DNA from: the human T2T-CHM13v2.0 reference genome, Homo sapiens
NCBI RefSeq assembly: GCF_009914755.1
Contig: NC_060930.1
Strand: one strand, 5' to 3'
Length of the DNA stretch: 64,000 nt
Shown here: positions 41,630 through 52,850 of the stretch, piece after piece
Layout: every line of letters begins with the position of its first letter
How positions within the stretch are numbered: position 1 is the stretch's first letter
Translations under genes and position numbers: made by a program
The notes under the pieces: model-generated
What the model was told of the DNA's origin: nothing
Seen by the model: only the letters and a program-made list of their open reading frames with translations
Databases searched by the model: none

Positions 41630-42939
41630 GTATGCCCAGATGAGGGCAGAGTTCTGAGGAACCTGGTAGAGAAGGATAGACTCCACCTGGGGCTGGGCAG
41701 AGGTGGGCTTCAGCTCCGTGTTGAGCAAACAGCTCCCCCAAATGAGTAGGGCCTGGACCTAGCCGTGGCCTGTGGCCTCAGGAAGGAGTTCTCACTTTCC
41801 TGTTTTCCAAGACTGAAGTTCTGCTTAAAATTAAAATAGCTTGGAATAAACAAGTTCCACCAAATGACAGAGGATTTGGGAGCTGCTCTATATGCAACCT
41901 TTTGTTATCCTTATAGATATACATTCTTATCCATCACGAGACTTTTAGAATTAAATGACTTTGTCCCTTTCATGATAGGAAAGCACTAGCCATTTAGCTG
42001 CTATGGCTCCTAGTAGGCACTGGGGCATTTAGGAAATAGAGTAGCAAAATTGACACCATTTAATTTAGCAAAACCTAAACAAACACCCGTCCTTCCACCA
42101 GTCCCCTTTGCCCCAGTTGGGGAGTGAGGAAAGACTTCACAGTATACAAATGATGCCACAGAAAATGGTCACTCTAACCTCAGGGAATAAGGGGCACAAC
42201 CTGCCTTGGCTGTTTTGAAACAGTTATTGTGGGGGTGGGGGAACACAGCTGTTTTTTGCAAAATAAAAGAATGGGTGTTGCAGAGGACAGGGGTGTTTTC
42301 TAAGGTCTGCAGCAGCTAGACTGCTGCAGGTCCACTGCAGTAGGGCTCTGCTGGTTACCTTATTGCTCGTGGGAGCAGTGCTTTCTAGCCAAGCTCTGAG
42401 AAATCACCACTGGACCTGGCTATGAACTACTACCCATCTCTCTTTACCTTTGAAGCTGTCCAGGTCTGGGGACGCCTTACAGATGTGCGAGGGGGCAAGG
42501 GAAACAAGGAGAGTGCCTATTCCAAATCTCGGAATCTGCTGTAAACTCAAAGCGACTATCACTGGACCACCACCTGGACTCACTCTTTTTGGGTAAAGTC
42601 ACTGGCACACAATAAGATAGCGTTTCGGCCTGTCTCCTAGAAAACAGGAAGGGAGACCTGTATCTCCTTGCCTGTGCCGGCATTTCCTTGGTGTGTATTA
42701 GAGGGGCGTTTTGTCACGAGAAATGGACAGAAGAGAGGAGTGACTTTCCCTTTAGGCAAATGTAGTATTACCCTAAACACTCCTCAAATCCAAACTAACT
42801 GTTCTTCAGAGAACACCTGGCAGGTCACTCGTTCACGCAAGAGCAAAGAATGATCAAGATTGCTACAAGGCAGAGAGATCTTGCAGCACCAAGATTTTGT
42901 AGCAATCCTTCATGCCCCTTGCCCTGGCTCCCAGCATGT

Positions 42940-45700
42940 CGAGCATGCGCACCTCTGTGCAAGCCTGAGAGGCCGCGTAGAGCTGGGACTGGGTCTATAT
43001 TGAAGGATCCTCCTCCATATCCCACCCCGGGCTGTGGGATCCCCTTGGGAAGCGCAGGTTCTAACCCGGGGGCCTGGTCCTAGGCCTGGGGGTTGGAGCC
43101 AGAAGGCAAGAGTGAGCCGATGCGGATTCGCGCTGGCGCTGAACGCTGAGCGCAGGCGGGGAGGCTCGGCACTCTCCGACCTCAGTAGCGCCCCCAAAAC
43201 CGAAGTCCAGCCGGCCAGAGAGGACACTTACGTGCACACGGTCTTGATGTTCGTCTTGTCGTCCAGGCCCTGCGGGTAGTTGGCCATGCTGTCGCCCAGC
43301 TTGAGCAAACAGTCCGAAAAGCCCTTGAAGACCGCATCGCACTTGCCCGCTGCTCTCACGGCCTGCACCAGATACGCTGCGGGGAGGAGGGAACACCGGT
43401 CAGCAGCGCCACGACCCCGCCCTGCCGCCCACTGCCCTTTCCTGCGAGACCCTGGCTCCGCGCGGCCTCATCGCATCGGGCGGCCTCTCCCAGCGCCCAG
43501 CCTCGGGGCTCGCCAGTGTTAAAGGTGAATGAAAGACGTGACCCAGGAATGCCCGACCTGCAGCTAACGCTGCGTCTAGTGCAAATTGTCGGTGTGTGAG
43601 CAGGTGTGGGTGGGTGGGAGGTAGGTGAGTCCATTCCTTTCCTCCAGCTCCCTCCCGCATCTCGCTCCGTATCTTTTTCTGTTTCCATCGCCCCCTCTTC
43701 TCACCTCCCTCATCCCTTTTATTTCTCTTTCTCCTCGCTCCCTCCGTCGTCTCCCAACACTTCCCCAGCAAGCCCTGTCACAGCTCTCGCAATGCGATCT
43801 TCCATTTTGAGGTGACAGAAGGGGTCTCGGCTGCAGCGTGCGGGGGCGAGAACGGGGTGGGGAGACGACAGGGCGTGGGGTCACGCAGCTGAACCCAACG
43901 CCACATCACGAGAATAAGCCTCAGGCTTGGCGCTCTGTCCTTGGTGGGCGCTCAGCAAACACTGCTGAATGAATGAACGAATATAGTCCCTGGAAGCCAC
44001 CAGCAGTTACCGAAATGGATTGTTTCATTATAAAACCGATTGCCTACCGTGGACTCTGTATTCCGAGTGAGACCCTCGGATGCACCCTCTCCCGCCCCGC
44101 TGGAAAGAGGGCAGCCTGGACGTCCTGAGACCTGGCGCGGATGATGAGTGGTCTGGAGCGGAGAAGGCCAGAGGCCGGGCGGGGTCACGGATGAGTCTGC
44201 CTGGGTCACCTCCGCAAAGGCCAAATCCACGAACCTCGGGCCTCTTTCTCTCCTCCTCCCCTGTCCGCCACTCGGCTCCCCAGACACCCTTAACAACCCA
44301 CCCGCCCGCCAAAAAGCCCGCCTACACTCCGGACGGCAGCGGGGAGAGGCTGTTCTTCTCCAGGTGCCAGCCCTGCTGCTGAAAGTGAGCTCGCCGCGGC
44401 CCGGGGCTCCTGGCCCCAGCTCAGGACTCCCTGCAGAGAGCAGGCAGGGATAAAAGCTGAGCGGCGGGAGGAGGAGGAGGAGGAAACACAGGCCGCACGA
44501 AGGTCCAAGCCCCAAGCCCCCAAGCCCCCGGCCTCTGGACGGCCAAACCCCGAGGCGCGGGACTGGAAGGACAGGTACCAGGCTGCGGGCGCGCGGCTGT
44601 GGCCATCTCTTTCCGCCCTGAGGCCGACGAACCCGGCTGGAAGCTGAGTGCCTAGCGGCCCAAAGCAGCCCGGGCGCCGGGAGGGCGCCAGAGAAGCACA
44701 GCGTTAGGGCGGGGAAGAAAGGGTGAATCTCAGAATCGAAATCCGCACTGGCGCCCACGACCCTGGGCGCCGGCCTGGTCCTCGGCAGCTTTCTGGCGGC
44801 TGCGCTTGTGTGTGAATGTGTCCCGGGAGGACCGGACACCTCAATCCCCCGGCCCCCAACGCGGGCGCCTGTCCGCGAGCGCCGGGCCAGACGCCGAAGA
44901 GGAAGGTGACCGAACCCGTAGCAGCTTCCGAGAGCGTACCCGTTTGCAAATTGCTGCAGGAAGAGCGAGGCGGGCCTTGCGCTTTTTAATCCGGAACGGG
45001 AAGCACTGGGGAAGGGACCGAGGTTAACTTCGACCTCCGCTGGGGCAGATACGTAAACCTTCTCAAACCTCCGAGTTCACCTTACAGCGAACATTAAATA
45101 CCCTTGCGACTACAATACTAACAAATCGAACACTGACGTAAAATCTTAAGAATAAACGAATCTTTGTTCTGATAGAGCTCGTTCAAAATGGAAATACACT
45201 CCACACATCTTCCTCTATAACGCATGTCACAAATACAGCTTTGCAGAGAAGAAACGAAATAAAATAAAGTCCAATCTCCCCGTCCACGTCTCTCCCCACC
45301 CCTTGCCTACACCCCCAAAACTCAGTGGCGAAAGAAGCCCCTAAAATGCATTGACATTTTTTAAGGGGAATTGGGGCTCGCCGGGGGCGGGAGCGCTCTT
45401 GTCACGTTATCTTCCCAGGCGCTGCTGGAGAAGACCCTGCACACCGCGCATGTGTGAGTGTGTGCTGTGTAAAATAAGTCGTGAACATTTCTGTCTTTTA
45501 AAACTGTGACTCCTTGGACTCTAGCCTTCTCTGGGAGGCCGGGAGGCTGCGCGCGGGACGGATTTTGCAGGCGCACGCGTCCCAGCAGGTCGCAGCCCGT
45601 GGGTCCCTCGCTGTCCTTCCTGAACCCCGCTTAGGCGAGACTCTAGCGGGTGACCCTGGCTCCTTCCCTGTCCTCTCTGCCGTCCCCTTCTTGTGCGGTT
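42940..45700. promoter_or_regulatory. Intragenic CpG island (exon 2 / intron 1)
   Basis: Visibly GC- and CpG-rich sequence around exon 2 and in intron 1. Confidence 0.75.
43232..43376 (-). CDS. NRN1: Neuritin coding exon 2 (145 nt; (A)[47 protein letters not shown](T))
   Basis: Acceptor ttccctcctccccgcag|CG at 43377/43376; donor GCAC|GTAAGT at 43232/43231; frame continuous with exons 1 and 3. Confidence 0.97.
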
Positions 45701-47570
45701 TCCATCCGTTCATTCATTCGTTCGACCTCTCATTCATTCCGAACTTCCTCCTGCTGCGTCTTCTTTCGTGTTCACCACACTCTTCTACCTCCCCGCCCCT
45801 CCCAACCCCCACTTTTCTTGCCAAATGTCAATGATTTGGGACAGCTCCCAGCCGTGAATTAATAAAGACCGAGGTTCTGTTGCAGGAAAGGGCAGACATT
45901 AGGGAACAAATACGTTCAATTTCAATTCCACAGTCAACAAATAGTCATTTTTGGACCGAGGTTAATGTGTTCAAAACGCGTCCCTCAGGCACGACCACCG
46001 TCTTTTTTTTCCCTCCAAACCTCTCAAAGTAAGGTTATTTCCTACCGGGAAAACAGAGTCCCAAATCTTGTCCGATTAAAATTTCTATCTCAAAAACAAC
46101 TCTCTCTCCTGCTCTCTAAAAATTCAAAGGTTTATTGCAAAATGCCACATTCACTTATTTCCAACATTTAAGGAATTTGCTGCCATTAGAAATATTATTT
46201 ACAGCAGCTCTTTTCACTAATGTCAAAGATTCAAAACAACCAGATTTAAAGCATTGTCATTTTTTGGAACTAAAGGAAAACACCAATATCCTGCACTCAC
46301 ACACTCTAAAATCTTTATAATGTTTCTGCATTATAAAATCTCAAAATCATGTCAGTTGCATAAAACCCCACTGCAAAGAATCCATTTTAAGGTCTAGAGA
46401 ACTCCAAACCTTGTTTCCTTCACATTTCTTATGGAAAAAACATATTATGCATTCTCCTTTCTTGCCCCAAACCAATTACCTAAAGCACCCCCTCCCCCAA
46501 TACTGCAAGGATTTGTCTGCAAAGAATGCCACAGCCTGAACTGATAGGAGGTAACAATTCCGTTTCAGGAGTTTCTTTTTTCCCCCGTGTTGTCCATTCT
46601 ATTAATAACCTGCTTCACTTTCACTTTTAGGCCACGTTAATTAATGTTCTGACCCAGTGTCGGAGAAGGGGGTTTTCTAGTGCCCTCTTCTATATCTTTT
46701 CTTCATTCTGGATGGTAAAAATGTGAACTTTAAAAAGACCCCTGACAGCGTAACTACAACTCAACATTCCTTAACATAAAATGGGGACTAAATAATTCCT
46801 TCCATAACCAATCCCAAACAAACAAAAATAACAAACACCCGACATGACATATTCCAAACACTTCTTAACCCTTTCCTATATATAAAATGCAGACACCAAT
46901 GTGTAAAGTAGCAGGCAAATGCATCTAGAAAAGTATATCTACGTAAATTTGGCTGAATTCATCCTCTTCAATGGTAAGCATGTTAAAATATGTGGTCTGA
47001 AGTTCCCTATCACTCTCGATTTGCCCACCAGCCGGGTCTGCGGTGCCCGTGCAAACGCTGCAGCTAGGATATAGGGGGGAGGAGGGGCGGGAGAATGACA
47101 AAGTTCTAAATGCAGCAGTCTGAGCCCTGGAATATCTTTGCTTTCAGCACATAAACTTTCCAGTCCTGGCTGCCTAGCCATTTTATTCCTGCATTCACAT
47201 TTCGACTCTTCAAAATCATATCTTGCAGTATCGCAGGGGCCAGTACATTGCCCCAGAGCGCACCAAACCTGGTATAAACCCAGAAAGGGAAACAAAAATG
47301 GATGTGTGCTCAGGAAAAAGGGGGAAAAAAACCGTGTCCAGAAAATGTCCGGCCGCACACATTTCCTGGCGAACATTTGGAATCTATAGCTTTAGGAAAA
47401 ACCGATCTGGGACGCGCTAGTCCCCAGGAACTGATGCCCCCACCCTCGGGGGATTGCCGGCTTCTCCGCACCCTGGGGCGGCCGCGGACCCGCTAGTCCC
47501 CCTCCGCGCCTCGGGCCGGGGCAGGCTGCCTCCCGCCTCCAGCCTCCAGCCGGGCTGAGCGGCCACTTAC

Positions 47571-47625
47571 CTATTTGCACCGCGAGGATCAGTGAAATAT
47601 ATCTGCCGTTCAACTTAAGTCCCAT
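47571..47625 (-). CDS. NRN1: Neuritin coding exon 1 (55 nt; MGLKLNGRYISLILAVQI + 1 nt; signal peptide)
   Basis: ATG at 47625-47623 (AGGATGG context); donor ATAG|GTAAGT at 47571/47570; phase 1. Confidence 0.97.
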
Positions 47626-47756
47626 CCTACGTTTAGTCAAACCATTTGCGACCGCAGACCTTTAAATAGTTAGTTTAGAGAACGCGGGGGAAAGCCAAAA
47701 AATAGGCATTGCCAACAAGTTCCGGGAGCGACAGAGACTTTATGCACTGGGAAGGC

Positions 47757-47797
47757 AGAGGGAGGAGAGAAAGAGAGGGAGCGAGGAAGAGACAGAA

Positions 47798-47833
<36 letters not shown>
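47757..47833. repeat. (GA)n polypurine tract at the NRN1 5'UTR/TSS region
   Basis: GAGAGAAAGAGAGG...GAGAGAGAGAGAG. Confidence 0.9.
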
Positions 47834-48439
47834 GCTGAGGGGGGGGGAGAGCTGGGAATGGTTCACTCCATTAGAAGGGGGCGGAGGAAGTACAGCCTCA
47901 CGCCCACGAGCAGGCCTGACGTGGGGGATGACACGGAATGATTTTTTTTTTAATATAGACACCTTGGTAGAGAATCGCCATTTATAGTCATCAGAAGCTG
48001 GAATTAATCAGATATCTCCAATTAATGTGCGATCTGAACGAAATTTTGCCTCCCGGGGGTGAGCACTTTCCTATTCTAGCGGTCACCCCTGCCTCTTCCT
48101 CGTTCCGGGGGCCCCCCAGCCCCGCCGCCTCCCTGCGCAGAACAGGGGCTCCCCCTCCCTTCCCCGCCAGGAGCTGGGGAGTCCTGGCGCGCCCACTCGA
48201 TTGTTTCAACCTGCTCCCCCTCCTCCATCAGCACCACAGAGAATCCAGCCCGCTCTCTACGATGCAGGGGGGTTTAAAGGAGCGGGAGAGGGAAAAACAG
48301 CTAAGCTAGCTCGATTAATTCGAAAGCGCTCCTCGGCCGCCCGCCCCCTGCGCTTGCCTACCCTCTTTTTCTCCAACCCAGCAGCTGAGCTCTGGGCGCA
48401 GCCTGGAGCGCGTGAGCACGCAGCCCGGCCCCCCGCACG

Positions 48440-48477
<38 letters not shown>

Positions 48478-50300
48478 CGCGCGCGCACGCCCGCCAGCCG
48501 CGCCGAGCGCCCCCATGCCCGCCCGCACACAAGGCACGCGAGCGCGCGCACACGCCCAGGCCCCGGGGGTTTGGTTTGCACACGTGGGGCCCCAGAAATA
48601 AACACCGAATGTCCTCTGAATTTTACCCACCTGCGATGCCCCAGCGGGCCAAAGGCCGCTTCAAGGGACACAGCGACACCTGTTTTAGGGGGCGAGTAGG
48701 GCACCGGGGAAGGAGCCTCTGATAAGACAGTTTTCGGATACTAGTGATTTACCAACCAACTCTCAGCGCTTTAGGAAATTTCCAAGGCAAGCGCTGGTGT
48801 GCGGACTTCTTTCTAATCTTGATGCGCCTCTTGGGCTTATTTGTTGGGCTACACACACACGTACCCACACGCACACACGTACATCACGTACGCACACGCA
48901 CACCCGGACCCACACACACCTGCACTGTCTTTTGATGCTCAGGCACAGACCCTGTGTAGGTGTAGCCTACCCTGCAACAAAATACTTCTGCAGCTGGCTT
49001 TGTGCTAGGTGCAAGCTGCTATCGACGACAGCTTGAGTCAAAACCGAAAAACTAACAGGGCTATTTCCTTTCTAAACGCCTTTAAGCTCTGGTTTTCTTC
49101 CTTTCTTCTGCACCAAACAGAAAAAAAAAAAGTCTAAATTGTAGCGTCTTTAATAAAATGCTAAAGAAGGCATTGGCCAGCTTTAATCCTTAAGCCTGTG
49201 GAGAGAAAAAAATGAAAACGACCCCCCAAATTTTGCCAAACTACACTAGAGGACGTCAAGCTGTCAAACTGTAGAAATGCACACGGATTAAGGAGAAGCG
49301 TTGAATTTGCTTCTACAGGCAGCTTGCCCTCTAGGGCCAATCTTGCCGTCCCCATACTCAGATATTTGGAGATGCATAGACAAAGGGGGAGAAAGGTGCA
49401 AAATAACGGGGGTAGGACAGGCTGTGGAGGGTAGGGGGCCGAGGGGAAGCTGCGGGGGTCCTACTGCAGCACTTGGTGACGTGAGGTGTCTGCAATGTGC
49501 GGCCCCTAACTCACGTCCCGCGGGAGCCTCAGACTCCCATGCAGCCTTCCTGGCCCTGGGGGCGGAGTCATGTCTCCCCGCCCCTGGTTATGTCACCGGC
49601 CTGCGGGCGGGGCGGTTGGGGGCTCGCCTTCCGGTGTCCAGGGGCACGGTGGCGGCCCCGGGTGTTTCCTTTCCCCGAGCTCGGAGGCTCCGGGAAGAAC
49701 CGAAAACGTGGGCGGACAAGGGGTGGGGCGGGGGCTGGTGGCGAGAGGGGGGCGTTTCTCGGACCCTCCCCCGACGTCTTCCAATGGCAGGGCGGGAGGC
49801 TTTCCGAGGGGCGGGGCCTCAGGGGGGTTGCCACGCGGCCCGGCCCACGGCTCCGCCCCTCGCTCGGGGTTCCGCATGGGGCCGGCCCAGCTTTCCCGGA
49901 CCAGGCCACCAGCTGCGGGCCCCCAACCTCGCTCAGACTCGTGCAGAGCCCAGGCTTGGGAGTGGCTTAAGGTTTTTTGCCCTCAACGTCCTTGCCTTCC
50001 TCCTGCTTATCCACCTGGGATCTTCACAGCATCATTTTCTGGGATCCTCTCCAACCCCTCCCCTGTAACTCTGAGCGTGGGGCGCTGGGGATGTGGAGTA
50101 GGCAGGGCTGAGGGCCTCAATGAAGCGGGTGAACCCACGCGCGTGCGCACAGCCGCCCGCGCCGCGCCCCGGGCCGATCCGGTTCTTGCCCTTGGGACGT
50201 GGCTGCGCCTCACCGCCCTACCCCGGGAGGGAACCCCCGCTGACTTTTTCCTCTCTTCATTTTCCTCCCCAGGCGTCCCAACCTCCCTCATAGGCCTGAG
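47834..50300 (-). promoter_or_regulatory. NRN1 promoter / upstream CpG island with TATA-like, CRE-like, EGR-like and AP-1 motifs
   Basis: High CpG density; TATAAA (minus) 47981-47986; CRE-like TGACGTGG 47917-47924, GGACGTCA 49251-49258, TGACGTGA 49477-49484; EGR-like CGCCCACGA 47901-47909; AP-1 TGAGTCA 49034-49040. Confidence 0.75.
48443..48490. repeat. (CA)n followed by (CG)n alternating purine-pyrimidine tract
   Basis: About 15 CA units, then AACGCGCGCGCGCACGC. Confidence 0.9.
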
Positions 50301-51605
50301 TCTTTTTAAAAGTGAAGAAGAGAGAGGCAAACAGAGTTGGTACTCTACATAAATGATTTTCTGGGTAGATAGATGCACATGACATTTTATTTTTTGAAAA
50401 ATTCTCATCTTTTAAATTACAGGTCGTTCTGCAGTCCAGGCTCCATGCAGGGTTGATTCTTCGTAGTTCTTTAATTAAAGGATATTGCAGTTCATGGTTG
50501 TCAATGCATGCTGTCTGGGAACGGTAGCATCCATGGTTGGAGGTGGCTTTGGAGAACGTTCCCTCTTTTATTAATGTGAAAAGCTCATCTCACATCATAC
50601 TTGGGGTTGAAGATGCAGTGGGAAGAGCAGTGAACAGGGGCAGGGAAACCCAGCTCACAGGCTGACCCCCACACTTTGGAAAATGAAGGAGAGTGGACTA
50701 TGAAGTAATTTCCAAAGCTGTTTTCACCTTTGAAATTTTGTGAACTGAGGATTTTCTAGAATTCTGTGAATGGGATTAGGAGTGGAAATGCACAATCCGA
50801 AGAATAAAATCCGTGCAAGAGTGCTTTTTATAAGCCAACTTCTTGCAAAGAACGTATTTCTTTTTGATAAGCAATTTTGTTTAAAGAAACAAATACAGTT
50901 CAGGAGAGGGAAAAAGTCACAGGTGCTGTTTGGGTCTGCATGTTGAATTGAGCCAAAGTAACTCCCAAAAGTAAGTCTGCATAATTAAGGTAATAAATAT
51001 GCAAAATTCCTTATCCCTAGAGCGGCCAGAAAGAGACTATGTCTAATTTTAAGCCTGGTGGGCACCAACTTCCTTTCTCGTTTCATGGCGCTACAGCCCT
51101 AGTCTGGATGAGCAGTATGCCAGTTGATTCCCCAGCTCCTGCTATGAATCCATCATAGGTCGGCTTTCCAGAAGCTGCCATCTCGACAAACAACCCTTTG
51201 AAATTATTTGCAAGAGCAGTTGTCAAGGCCACTAGGAAATCCCATCTTTGTATTCTAGGTCAGAAAAAATCGCTGCTCTATTAGAATAGATTGGTCTAGC
51301 AATACATCTCTCTCATAAATTTAGTCAGTCATTTAAATATCTTCAGCTAAAACCTTTAATAAAAATGTGAATTTATATTACATAACTTTTCATTAAAATG
51401 ATAACTATACTGTATTTAAACAATCATATAGATTACGAGAGGAAGGAGATTTTTGTGGAGGTATATACATTGGTAGAGGCCCCAGTAAAAATCTACTTCG
51501 GGAGGCCTGGGTCTACCCTTGCATCTGTGGCTTGGTAAGGTGATTTTTTTCACTCTCTGATCTTGAGACTCTTTACAAAATTAGTTGAAACTTCAAGGCC
51601 TTGCT

Positions 51606-51900
<295 letters not shown>

Positions 51901-52812
51901 TTAAAAATTGAACTTGATTTGAATGCAGTAATTTGAAATCTAGGAGCAAATGCTAAATTTGAAATGTAGAAGTGTGATTAACTTCCATCTTAAAAATAAA
52001 CACTTTATTTAAAACAAATCAACGTTTTTATCATGAAATATACACACGGAACAATGCACAAAACAAGCATGCACAATTCATTGACTTATGACAAAGGGAA
52101 TGCCTATGTGGTCCCCACTCACACTGAAACAACTGGAAGAGGCATGACAACTAAATGCAACCTGTATTCCTGGATAAGATTCTAGACAAGAAAAGACAGA
52201 GATGTTGTTGGAACAGCCAGTAAAATTTCAGTGAAGTCTGTGAATTAGGCATTAGTTTTGCACCAATGTTGATTTCCTGATTGGGGAATTGTATGCTGAT
52301 TATAGAAAAAAGTGTCCTTGTTTGGAGCAACATATACTAAAGTTTTTAGAGTGACAAGACATCATACCTGTAGCTTGCTCTCAAAAGGTTCGGAAAAAGG
52401 AATATTGCTAATGGGGATAAATACAAAGCAACGGAATACATGTAGCAAAATGTTACTAACTGATGACGATCTAGCTAAAGGGGTATGCAGGTTCTTTGCA
52501 TTGTTCCAGCATTTTTTCTTTAGGTTGAAAGTCATTTCAAAATAAATCATTTGAAAAAAAAATCAACTCCAGGTGGGTTAAGGACCTAAATATTCAAAGT
52601 AAAGCTTTGAAATATGAAGTGAAGCACTCAGGTGAATATTTTTAAACCTTTTAAAAAGCATGAATTGAAAAAGATTAATAAATTTAATCAGAATTAATGA
52701 AAAACTTTTGTCTGTAAAGTAATATGTTAGAGTAAATGAAAGAGCAAATTACAAACTCACAAAAATTAGTCTCAAGAGCTTAAGAACTTCCCAAACCAAT
52801 TTTGTTTTAAAG

Positions 52813-52813
<1 letters not shown>

Positions 52814-52846
<33 letters not shown>
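52814..52846. repeat. (CA)n microsatellite
   Basis: Directly visible. Confidence 0.95.

Positions 52847-52850
<4 letters not shown>

Larger units (their letters stand above)
38868..47833 (-). other. NRN1: NRN1 (neuritin 1 / CPG15) transcription unit, 3 coding exons; 5' and 3' ends approximate
   Basis: The spliced translation gives the 142-aa neuritin precursor [142 protein letters not shown]. It has a signal peptide, 6 Cys and a C-terminal GPI signal. AATAAA lies near 38884. Confidence 0.97.

Noticed and set aside
42307-42329. Hairpin CTGCAGCAG-5nt-CTGCTGCAG in intron 2
   Set aside because: 9-bp CAG/CTG stem with no other support; chance-level
43952-44839. 295-aa minus-strand ORF in NRN1 intron 1
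   Set aside because: Non-ATG start, Pro/Arg/Gly/Ala-rich with no recognisable domain; long ORFs are expected in stop-poor CpG islands
47392-47640. 82-aa ORF MTKRRMGLKLNG...IGKWPLS as a separate protein
   Set aside because: It is NRN1 exon 1 read through the GTAAGT donor into intron 1, starting at an upstream TTG
49301-50352. Overlapping 255-aa and 260-aa plus-strand ORFs upstream of NRN1
   Set aside because: GC-island artefact: several frames are open at once, composition is low-complexity, and I recognise no homology
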